From a virus, in the IMG/VR virus record IMGVR_UViG_3300045988_060233: a DNA stretch of 39,231 nt; one strand, given 5' to 3'. The notes beneath the pieces are model-generated. The model was given only the letters and a program-made list of their open reading frames with translations. It searched no databases and was not told the DNA's origin. How positions within the stretch are numbered: the first letter of the stretch is position 1; every line of letters begins with the position of its first letter. Made by a program: the position numbers and the translations under genes. Shown here one piece after another: positions 31,149 through 38,664 of the stretch.

Positions 31149-31592
31149 TTACGCCTGACCAGATGACCGATTTTGTAACTGCTGCGCAAGATTTAATAAA
31201 GCGCTTGCAAGCTGAGGGCTCTCTTGGCAAAGAAAAATGAGTTTTTGTACATCTTGCGGCAAATCAGATATTAGCCCATCGCCTTGTGCGGTGGGCTTTT
31301 TTGTAGACAGATTGTCGAGGTATGTCAACATTTTAGCAGTATCAACCTCCCCGCCAGTATACACGCTGGCGGGGTTTTCTTTTTCCCCGGTCAGGTCGGC
31401 AACGGTGACTCCTAACTCGTTAGCTATTGCGACCAGTTTGTCATAAGGCGGGGAACTTGGCCTCTTTGCCATTTTGCCGATATACCCATTTGAAAAACCG
31501 AGCTTTTCCTCTAGCCTAGTCAAGCTAGTCTTTTTCTTTTTGCACAGGGCACGAACGGTTTCTACAGTTTTAACATTATCCACAAAAATCAC
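31149..31592 (-). CDS. CI-like repressor (XRE HTH)
   Basis: HTH LTRLEEKLGFSNGYIGKM. Divergent from the cro-like gene. GTG start, no clear SD. Confidence 0.65.
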   Translation of the reverse strand: MIFVDNVKTVETVRALCKKKKTSLTRLEEKLGFSNGYIGKMAKRPSSPPYDKLVAIANELGVTVADLTGEKENPASVYTGGEVDTAKMLTYLDNLSTKKPTAQGDGLISDLPQDVQKLIFLCQESPQLASALLNLAQQLQNRSSGQA

Positions 31593-31593
31593 C

Positions 31594-31628
31594 TAGACTA
31601 TTTGTGCATATTTTTAGGCGATAGTCTA
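31594..31628. promoter_or_regulatory. Candidate operator half-sites (TAGACTAT / ATAGTCTA inverted pair; third ATAGTCAA at 31765-31772)
   Basis: 8-nt inverted repeat 31594-31601 / 31621-31628. TAGGCGATA direct repeats at 31615-31623 and 31637-31645. Confidence 0.4.
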
Positions 31629-31657
31629 TTGACTACTAGGCGATAAGCTAGTATAAT
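31629..31657 (+). promoter_or_regulatory. Early rightward promoter (TTGACT-N17-TATAAT)
   Basis: Near-consensus hexamers with 17-nt spacer. Confidence 0.6.
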
Positions 31658-31793
31658 AGACAGCATAGAGGGCAACAAAGAACCAAGCCCCCTAAAATCC
31701 AGCGGACTAGCTAAAAATATGCTGTTATAAATCTCGCAAGTTCATAGTAGCATATTTTCTAGCAATAGTCAACTAGAAAGGAGCTTTTGCTAG

Positions 31794-31988
31794 GTGAATA
31801 TTTCGAAAATTGATGCGCTGTGCCGAAAAAACAATATTTCTCGCACAATCCTTGAGGAACGCGCCGGAATCTCAAACGGCGCACTTGGCAAGTGGGAGAA
31901 ATCGCCTTACGGTCCTAGCATCACGACGCTAAAGAAAGTGGCTGACTATTTCGGCGTGCCGATTGATTACTTGCTAGCCGATAACTAG
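31794..31988 (+). CDS. Cro-like HTH protein
   Basis: 64 aa. AAGGAG 10 nt upstream of GTG. LEERAGISNGALGKWE HTH. Confidence 0.65.
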   Translation: MNISKIDALCRKNNISRTILEERAGISNGALGKWEKSPYGPSITTLKKVADYFGVPIDYLLADN

Positions 31989-32005
31989 AAAGAAAGGAAT
32001 AACCG

Positions 32006-32131
32006 ATGCTTATTTACATTTTTCTTTACATGATTGGTCAGCAGCTCAATATGGGTACTACCTACTGGGTTTTGTTCTGGGTCTGCCTGACCGCCAGCAT
32101 CGTCCACTGCTTTTGCAAAGTTCATAGATAG
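32006..32131 (+). CDS. Small hydrophobic peptide (41 aa, not in ORF track)
   Basis: AAAGGA 7 nt upstream. MLIYIFLYMIG...YWVLFWVCLTASIV. Bracketed by 12-nt repeats AGAAAGAAAGGA. Confidence 0.35.
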   Translation: MLIYIFLYMIGQQLNMGTTYWVLFWVCLTASIVHCFCKVHR

Positions 32132-32172
32132 GCTGTAAGTGAACTGATCGCAGAAAGAAAGGAGTGACCACC

Positions 32173-32466
32173 ATGGCAAACCTTGCTTTTACCGCTCTAA
32201 TCAAAAGCAAGGGCTACAACAAGAAGCGGCTTTCCGAAGAGTGCCATATTCCGGCAGCAGTTATTTCGCAGCGCATCAACGGGCGCAGCCCTTGGGAGTG
32301 GCGCGAGGTCGGCAGAGTATGCCAAGCGCTGGACATTACATACGACGATTTTGCCCGCTATTTCCCATCCGGCATCGTAAGGCCCACGCCCAAAGAGCCA
32401 ACGCGCGAAGAACGAGTAGACAACTTACTTGCCCAGCTTCGGGAAGTTCTTATTGAGAGGGCATAG
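32173..32466 (+). CDS. HTH-type early regulatory protein
   Basis: AAGGAG upstream. KKRLSEECHIPAAVISQRINGR. Confidence 0.55.
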   Translation: MANLAFTALIKSKGYNKKRLSEECHIPAAVISQRINGRSPWEWREVGRVCQALDITYDDFARYFPSGIVRPTPKEPTREERVDNLLAQLREVLIERA

Positions 32467-32587
32467 CTCTGCACAGATAGGCGACGGCGAGGAAAAGCCT
32501 TGTGTTGATTGGCAAAGGCACAAAACGCGGCCTTGGGCAGTGGAGAAACAGCGGCAAGGGCCGCTTTGAATGGGAGGAAATCAAAGA

Positions 32588-32842
32588 ATGATTACTAAAA
32601 CAAAAACGCCGCCCCGGTGCACCACCACCGGAACGGCAAAAAAACAGAGCATCGCAAAAAGCTATAACTGTATTCTATCACTGAAACGCGCCGCCGTCAA
32701 GCTGGCAATCACCGCAGATTTGGTGCTGCTGCTGGCTGCGCTCGGCTCTCTCAACATCCCCACCACCATCGCCGCCCTGCTGGCGCTGAATCTGCTGTGC
32801 GGACTGTATCTAAAGGAGGCATCCAGCCATGAAGAAATTTGA
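32588..32842 (+). CDS. Small membrane protein (84 aa)
   Basis: GGGAGGA 9 nt upstream. Two hydrophobic segments. Confidence 0.5.
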   Translation: MITKTKTPPRCTTTGTAKKQSIAKSYNCILSLKRAAVKLAITADLVLLLAALGSLNIPTTIAALLALNLLCGLYLKEASSHEEI

Positions 32843-33599
32843 ACTGACCGCCGAATTTGTAACGAACGTTTTCGGGAAGAAGCTGTTCCGTATTAAGGCT
32901 CTCGTCGCTTTTGGCAACGTCAAGAAGGGAGAACTCGGCGGATTTATTGAGAAGGAAGATAACCTCTCCCACTCCGGCAATGCGTGGGTCTCCGGCGATG
33001 CGCAGGTCTACGGCAATGCGCAGGTCTACGACAATGCGCGGGTCTACGGCGATGCGTGGGTCTTCGGCGATGCGCAGGTCTCCGGCAATGCGCAGGTCTA
33101 CGACAATGCGCGGGTCTTCGGCAATGCGCGGGTCTACGGCGATGCGTGGGTCTACGGCAATGCGCGGGTCTACGGCGATGCGTGGGTCTTCGGCGATGCG
33201 CGTGTCTACGACAATGCGTGGGTCTACGGCAATGCGCGGGTCTCCGGCGATGCGCGGGTCTTCGGCAATGCGCGGGTCTACGGCGATGCGTGGGTCTTCG
33301 GCGATGCGCAGGTCTCCGGCGATGCGCGGGTCTCCGGCGATGCGCGGGTCTACGGCAATGCGGACTACGCTGTCGTTACAGGCTTCGGCCGATATTTCCG
33401 CGCGACAACATTTTTCCGCTGCAAGGATAAAATTATCCGCGTACAGTGCGGTTGCTTTTATGGTGATTTGGCGCAGTTCCGTGAGATCGTCAAGAAAACC
33501 CACGGCGACAGCAAATACGCTAAAGAGTACCTCGCAATCGCCGACTTGATGGAGCTGCATTTTTCTGATGAAGAAGAAAATCAGGAGGCAGCCAAATGA
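32829..33599 (+). CDS. Hexapeptide-repeat (predicted beta-helix) protein with conserved N- and C-terminal caps
   Basis: 21 full and 1 degenerate copies of [GD][ND]A[RQW]V[YFS]. N-terminal ...GELGGFIEKEDNLSHSGNAWV. C-terminal ...CGCFYGDLAQFREIVKKTHGD. Confidence 0.75.
   Translation: MKKFELTAEFVTNVFGKKLFRIKALVAFGNVKKGELGGFIEKEDNLSHSGNAWVSGDAQVYGNAQVYDNARVYGDAWVFGDAQVSGNAQVYDNARVFGNARVYGDAWVYGNARVYGDAWVFGDARVYDNAWVYGNARVSGDARVFGNARVYGDAWVFGDAQVSGDARVSGDARVYGNADYAVVTGFGRYFRATTFFRCKDKIIRVQCGCFYGDLAQFREIVKKTHGDSKYAKEYLAIADLMELHFSDEEENQEAAK
32976..33371 (+). repeat. 22 tandem 18-nt units (consensus GRCRATGCGYRGGTCTHC)
   Basis: Read directly. Near-invariant codon choice. Four reading frames stay open across the array. 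Confidence 0.95.
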
Positions 33600-33823
33600 C
33601 CAGCTTCTGGGGGCATCAAGATAACCCCTTCCCGCCTGCCGAACCACGCCGCCCCCGCTGCCCTGTCTGCGGCGAAGAATGCGAAACTATCCACTTTATC
33701 CCTGCAAAATTCGGAACGGAAATCATCGGCTGTGATATGTGCTATAACCCCGGCGACTTCCCCGGTGAAGATGTCCAAGAGGACGACCCTTGGGAAGATT
33801 GCCGCTGTATGGAGGACTACTAA
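33596..33823 (+). CDS. Hypothetical zinc-ribbon protein
   Basis: ATGA coupling. CPVCGEEC...CDMC. Confidence 0.55.
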   Translation: MTSFWGHQDNPFPPAEPRRPRCPVCGEECETIHFIPAKFGTEIIGCDMCYNPGDFPGEDVQEDDPWEDCRCMEDY

Positions 33824-33824
33824 A

Positions 33825-34157
33825 ATGACCATTGACGACATCAGCGCCCTGAAACAGGCGCACGCACTTTTGAAGGGTCGGCATCTTGCCGAGTTCATCC
33901 CCACTGGAAAGGGCATCAGCGCTTGCTATTTCAACGCTGTGCAGGCTGCCCGCCGCATCTATTCCGAGAGCATCGGCGCATTTGTACCGCTTTTCGCAAA
34001 ACATGAATACGGCCTGAACAGCACCTATTTTCTGGCAGACGGCATTCCGGTCTACTACTATGACCTAAAAACCCGCAAGCCGGACACGGCCCTGCCGCCC
34101 GCCAGCTGCTACCGCATCCACCTAACGACAGAGGACAAGGAAGGAGAAGCAATCTGA
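33825..34157 (+). CDS. Hypothetical protein (110 aa)
   Basis: GGAGGA 8 nt upstream of ATG 33825. Confidence 0.55.
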   Translation: MTIDDISALKQAHALLKGRHLAEFIPTGKGISACYFNAVQAARRIYSESIGAFVPLFAKHEYGLNSTYFLADGIPVYYYDLKTRKPDTALPPASCYRIHLTTEDKEGEAI

Positions 34158-34864
34158 TGTTTAACGAAAAAAAATCGGAGTATTCGCTTAAATCCCGTCA
34201 AGAGGTCCCCGTTATCCAAAGCGCAAAATACATTGCAAGCCGCGACAAAGCATTAAAGGCCATCAACGATAGACCGTACCTAAAAGAATCTGATTTCTGG
34301 ATTTTAATGAACGAGACCAAAACCGGGAAAATGATGTACACCGGCTTGATTATCAGCCACAACGCCTGCTTGAAGATTAACGATAACATGCCGGAAAAAG
34401 ACAAATTCAACCCGGATTGCGTATCCGTTGATAAATCTGGATATTGGAACTCTCTTGTATTCACCTACGCCAACAAGCAGCAGGGACTTTACGAAGTTGG
34501 CGAAGCATCTGCGCAGAACTGTAAGAACGCTTACCCTTACGCAATGGCATACAAACGCTTGTTTGACCGTGTTGTTTTGAAAATCTGTAAACTTGCGTTT
34601 GACGGCATCTATTCCGATAGCGAAGCAGATGAATTTAAAGAGCGCTATGAAGAAGAGCCGCAGCCTGTCACAACAGCGCCAGAAGTTACCGCACAGATTG
34701 TAAAGGACATGGCAACAACTGCGCTGAAAGGATATGCACAGCGAACCGGGAAGGACAACAAAACGGTTCAAACAGAAGCAAAAACCTTTATTGGTAAGTT
34801 GTTTAAGGACTTCACCGATGATGATTGGCGCAGCGTTGCAAAGGAGTTTGAACACAGGAAATGA
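34157..34864 (+). CDS. Putative single-strand annealing protein (Rad52/Erf-like superfamily)
   Basis: GEAS...N...YPYAMAYKRLFDRVVLK...YSDSEADEF resembles SSAP core ends. Neighbours are NinB-like protein and SSB. Confidence 0.4.
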   Translation: MFNEKKSEYSLKSRQEVPVIQSAKYIASRDKALKAINDRPYLKESDFWILMNETKTGKMMYTGLIISHNACLKINDNMPEKDKFNPDCVSVDKSGYWNSLVFTYANKQQGLYEVGEASAQNCKNAYPYAMAYKRLFDRVVLKICKLAFDGIYSDSEADEFKERYEEEPQPVTTAPEVTAQIVKDMATTALKGYAQRTGKDNKTVQTEAKTFIGKLFKDFTDDDWRSVAKEFEHRK

Positions 34865-35406
34865 AGCAGCAAATTTCCATCAAGACCGCCGTTGTTATCG
34901 GCAACACAATTACGCTGGAATGCTCCCCCGCTGACTGCGATAAAGCCCGCGCCGTTATTGACGAGGGCAAGCCCCTTGCTGCTGTTATCGGCACGGCCTC
35001 ACAAAAGCGCAGTCTCTCGGCCAACGCTTACGCATGGGCGCTCATGAACCAGCTTGCCGCAAAAATCAACCGTCCTGTGCTGGACATCTACCGCGATTTG
35101 ATACGCGACATCGGCGGCAGTTCCGCCCTTGTCACCCTCCGTGCCGATGCTGCAAAGGCATTCAAAAACGGCTGGGAGAGCAAGGGCGAGGGCTGGCAGG
35201 TTCACAAGCTCGATGAAATGACCACCCCGCAGGGGACTTTCTACAACCTGCAATGCTGGTACGGCTCTTCCCAGTTCGACCCCTCACAGATGCACCGCTT
35301 GATTGAACTGATCGTTCAGGAGTGCCAGCAGCAGGGCATCCCCACCATGACCCCAGAAGAAATCTCCAAGTTGAAAGGACTGACAGACGATGCAGACCCG
35401 CAATGA
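34861..35406 (+). CDS. NinB/Orf-like recombination mediator
   Basis: KRSLSANAYAWAL... and ...GSSQFDPSQMHRLIELIVQECQQQGI parallel the lambda Orf layout. Confidence 0.45.
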   Translation: MKQQISIKTAVVIGNTITLECSPADCDKARAVIDEGKPLAAVIGTASQKRSLSANAYAWALMNQLAAKINRPVLDIYRDLIRDIGGSSALVTLRADAAKAFKNGWESKGEGWQVHKLDEMTTPQGTFYNLQCWYGSSQFDPSQMHRLIELIVQECQQQGIPTMTPEEISKLKGLTDDADPQ

Positions 35407-35710
35407 ATTTGGCGTGAAGCTTGACAAGAACGGCTACGCGCCGTCACTGTTCGTACATGAATCGTTCCGTTGTTATCACTGCCACCGCTTTGGAGACACC
35501 GCCAGACATGAAATCTACGGCGGAAGCCGCCGCAAGGCCAGCAAGGCGCTGGGCCTCTGGATTAACGTCTGCCCCGCCTGCCACGCCGCCATTCATTCAA
35601 GCGGCGACCTGCAAGACCACTACCACAAACAAGGCCAAATGCTTGCAGAAGCCTACTACCATTGGAACCACGACGACTTTCGCCGCCGCTTCTATATTAA
35701 CTACTTGTAG
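35390..35710 (+). CDS. Conserved phage zinc-finger protein (CxxC...CxxCH, HNH/NinG-like)
   Basis: CYHC...RHEIYGGSRRKASKALGLWINVCPACH. Confidence 0.45.
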   Translation: MQTRNEFGVKLDKNGYAPSLFVHESFRCYHCHRFGDTARHEIYGGSRRKASKALGLWINVCPACHAAIHSSGDLQDHYHKQGQMLAEAYYHWNHDDFRRRFYINYL

Positions 35711-35719
35711 GACTAACCT

Positions 35720-36184
35720 ATGTTGAATGTTGTTGCTATTATTGGCCGTATGGTCAAAGACCCGGAGCTCAAAACCACGAACAGCGGCAAGTCCGTCTGT
35801 TCCTTCCGCATCGCCAACGATTCCGGCTATAAGGATGCCAGCGGCCAGAGCCAGACGAACTGGCTCGATGTCACCGCATGGGGAAAAACCGCAGAGTTCG
35901 TCTGCAAATACTTCCCAAAAGGTGCCCTCATTGCCATTGATGGCCGCTTGCAGACGCGCCAGTATCAGGACAAGAACGGCCAGAACCGCACAGCCGTTGA
36001 AATTGTGGCCCAGAACGCGAGTTTCTGCGGTAGTAAGGAAAGTACCTACCCCGCCCCGCAGAACGCCGCACAGCGCCCCGCAGCCACCTCACAGCGCACG
36101 CAGGGCATGCCCGACGTTTCCTATTCTTCCGGCCAGTCTGACGACTATGCCCTCATTGAGGATGAGGGGGATTTTCCGTTCTAG
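35720..36184 (+). CDS. ssb: Single-stranded DNA-binding protein
   Basis: OB-fold N-terminus NVVAIIGRMVKDPEL...TNWLDVTAWGKTAEF. Acidic tail DEGDFPF. Confidence 0.9.
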   Translation: MLNVVAIIGRMVKDPELKTTNSGKSVCSFRIANDSGYKDASGQSQTNWLDVTAWGKTAEFVCKYFPKGALIAIDGRLQTRQYQDKNGQNRTAVEIVAQNASFCGSKESTYPAPQNAAQRPAATSQRTQGMPDVSYSSGQSDDYALIEDEGDFPF

Positions 36185-36196
36185 GAGGTGCGCGTC

Positions 36197-36436
36197 ATGA
36201 AAGAAAGAACGAATGAAAGAAAGCAGCCGAGCCAGCTTGACCAGATTTTAGCCGTGCTGGAATCCGGCGGCACATTTACCGCACTGGATGCACTCGAGGA
36301 CTTCGGATGCAGCCGCCTTGCCTCCCGCATCACAGACCTAAAGCGCCGGGGCGTCCCGGTAGCCTCCCGTATGGTACAGCGCCGCAACCGCTATGGTCGG
36401 CTTTGCCGTGTCGCGGAGTATTACATGGAGTGTTGA
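36197..36436 (+). CDS. Winged-helix DNA-binding protein
   Basis: AGGAGGTG 6 nt upstream. FGCSRLASRITDLKRRG. Confidence 0.5.
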   Translation: MKERTNERKQPSQLDQILAVLESGGTFTALDALEDFGCSRLASRITDLKRRGVPVASRMVQRRNRYGRLCRVAEYYMEC

Positions 36437-36439
36437 AAA

Positions 36440-37219
36440 ATGGCAAACGAGGGCTTCATCAAGCTGTACAGAAAAATGCTCGAATGGGGCTGGTATGATG
36501 ACGGCCCCACAAAGGACGTGTTTATTCACCTACTGCTGATTGCCAGCTACGAAGACAAGTTCTATCGCGGCATCCCTTTGGAACGTGGTCAAGTTGTTAC
36601 CACTGTAAAGGAAATGGAAGTCAAACTCGGGCTAACAACGCAACAAATCCGAACCGCTTTGTCCAAGCTGATTTCAACAAACGAAGTAACAAAGAAATCG
36701 ACGTCGAAATTTACCGTCTACACGATAAATAATTACGCTGATTATCAATCATCCAACAACGACAATAACAAACCAGCAACAAACGAGCAACAAACGAGCA
36801 ACAAACCCTCTAATACTAAGAAGGTAAGAAGTAAAGAATATATAGCTACTACTGCTGCCAGCGACGCCGGGTGTGACCTGTATAACCAGGATTTATCCGA
36901 CTGCATCCAGTGCTATGAACAGAACTGTGGTTCCATCCCCCGCGCTGTATCCGATGAAATCAAAGCGGCCCTGCAAAAATTTCCAGCCGCCATTATCTGT
37001 CAGGCAATCGAAGAAGCCGCCGTTCATAACTCCCGGCGTTGGAGCTACATATCCCAAATCCTGGCACGCTGTGAGCAGGAAGGAATCTACACTGTGGAAG
37101 CTTTCAAGGCAAAGCGCGACAGTGCTAAAGCGACCCGCACCGCGCCACGCCAGACCGACACCACAGCCGCGATGGAGCGATTAAAGCAACTCGCGAAAGG
37201 AGTGACCACCGATGACTGA
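36440..37219 (+). CDS. Replication organizer (N-terminal wHTH + DnaD-like C-terminal domain)
   Basis: FIKLYRKMLEWGWY.... C-terminal NSRRWSYISQILARCEQEGI is the DnaD/DnaB_2 type. Confidence 0.7.
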   Translation: MANEGFIKLYRKMLEWGWYDDGPTKDVFIHLLLIASYEDKFYRGIPLERGQVVTTVKEMEVKLGLTTQQIRTALSKLISTNEVTKKSTSKFTVYTINNYADYQSSNNDNNKPATNEQQTSNKPSNTKKVRSKEYIATTAASDAGCDLYNQDLSDCIQCYEQNCGSIPRAVSDEIKAALQKFPAAIICQAIEEAAVHNSRRWSYISQILARCEQEGIYTVEAFKAKRDSAKATRTAPRQTDTTAAMERLKQLAKGVTTDD

Positions 37220-37571
37220 ACAGGAAACTGCCGTCTTTCTGCTGTCCTGCACCAACTACTGGGCAAACATCATGCGCGGCAAAGACCCGGACGAAATGAC
37301 AAAAGCCTGGGCCACAGCACTGAAAGATGTCCCCTTGCAGGCGGCCAAGAGCGGTGCGGAAAATCTGGCCACCACACTGAAATTCCCACCCACCGTTGCC
37401 GAACTGCGCACGGCGGCAGCGGAATTTCTCCCGCACAAAATCGAATCCTTTGACGTCCTGTTCGCCCGCACCTGCCATGAGTGTCTGCACTTTGACACGC
37501 CGCTCTATCAAAAAATCCAGCGCGACGAGGTAAATACGCAGGAGGCGCTGAAACTGAATGGCAAAGTATGA
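37212..37571 (+). CDS. SPP1 G39P-like helicase loader
   Basis: ...KAWATALKDVPLQ...LKFPPTVAELR pattern. Confidence 0.6.
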   Translation: MTEQETAVFLLSCTNYWANIMRGKDPDEMTKAWATALKDVPLQAAKSGAENLATTLKFPPTVAELRTAAAEFLPHKIESFDVLFARTCHECLHFDTPLYQKIQRDEVNTQEALKLNGKV

Positions 37572-37704
37572 AATCATCACCTATTCCCGCTCTACCGGCG
37601 ACATCACCCACTCCAAGCGCCTGTATTCCACACGTTGGAATGCCGAAGCCGCCCTGCGCACCGCAGGTTACACCCAAAATCCAAACCTGCCGGATATATG
37701 GTAA
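37558..37704 (+). CDS. Small protein (48 aa, not in ORF track)
   Basis: AGGAGG 12 nt upstream. Start overlaps the end of the upstream loader gene (stop at 37569-37571). Confidence 0.35.
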   Translation: MAKYEIITYSRSTGDITHSKRLYSTRWNAEAALRTAGYTQNPNLPDIW

Positions 37705-37742
37705 AGCGAGAAGTATTTCAGCAAAGTAAAGGAGATAGCACC

Positions 37743-38664
37743 GTGAGCAAAGAAGATTGGGGCATTGTGACCATGCCGACAAACGGCGACCCGGAGAAAA
37801 TCGCCATAGGGCGGTTGAAAGCGGCAAGCGACATGGCACTAAAGTATTACGGCACGCCGCTTGTGGTAACGACCAGCGGCGGCAAGGACAGCAGCGTATG
37901 CGTAGAACTTGCACTGAGGGGGGGGCATCCCGTTTGAAGTGCAGCACAACCACACAACAGCGGATGCGCCGGAGACAGTGCGGTTTGTACGGCAGGAATT
38001 TGCCAGACTTGAAAATCTGGGCGTGAAATGCACCATTAACTACCCCGTTTATAAGGGCAAGCGCACAAGTATGTGGGACCTAATCCCGCAAAAACTGATG
38101 CCGCCGACACGAATCGTGAGGTACTGCTGCGATGTGCTGAAAGAACAGGGCGGAAACGGGCGGTTCATCACGACTGGCGTGCGGTGGGCGGAAAGTAGCC
38201 GAAGAAAGCGCGACAGAGGCGTTTTTGAAGCATACACCCGGAACAAAGATAACAGAATCGTTTTGAAAGGCGAAGAACAGGAGCCGAGCAAAATCTTTGA
38301 AGGGTGCAAGGTGGCCGCAAAACGCGTAGTAAACCCCGTTGTGGACTGGACGGACAATCAAGTATGGAGCTTTTTGCAGGATGCAAAGGTGCCTGTAAAT
38401 CCGTTGTATGAATGTGGGCTGAATCGTGTGGGGTGTATCGGATGCCCACTCGCAAAGAAAAGTAAACGATATGCGGAGTTCCGACGCTGGCCTGCTTACG
38501 AGAAGCTCTACATACAAGCCTTTAACAGGATGCTTGATGAGCGCAGAGCGCGCGGAAAGCTGGACGGAAACTGGATGATGGGCGGTACAGGGCAAGATGT
38601 GTTCCGCTGGTGGATGGAAGAAAATGTACTGCCAGGACAGATGAGCGTGGAGGACTTTACATGA
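37743..38664 (+). pseudogene. PAPS-reductase-family (PP-loop ATPase) gene interrupted by a +1 frame change in a G8 run
   Basis: TTSGGKDSSV PP-loop in frame 0 stops at 37935-37937. Frame +1 opens exactly at the G run and continues GIPFEVQHNHTTADAPET...CIGCP. Confidence 0.7.
37918..37925 (+). repeat. Poly-G tract (8 G) at the frame junction
   Basis: Read directly. Seven G would restore a single ORF. Confidence 0.95.

Noticed and set aside
31985-32179. Minus-strand 64-aa track ORF between cro and the next early gene.
   Set aside because: It needs a TTG start with no SD, and its internal ATG also lacks an SD. It runs convergent into cro. The plus-strand 41-codon ORF with a duplicated SD explains the interval better, though that too is low confidence.
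32976-33371. 18-nt tandem array considered as a CRISPR array or non-coding satellite.
   Set aside because: There are no spacers between repeats. The unit is an exact multiple of 3, in frame with flanking conserved-looking N- and C-terminal domains, and has a proper SD and start. It is a coding hexapeptide repeat. The alternative-frame ORFs (32911..33549, 32984..33430, 32751..33647) are by-products of the repeat composition.
35727-36200. 157-aa alternative-frame ORF overlapping ssb (also 35421..35726, 10633..10815, 20268..20807 and similar).
   Set aside because: Pro/Arg/Ser/Ala-rich translations lying entirely inside genes with clear family signatures in another frame, and no SD.
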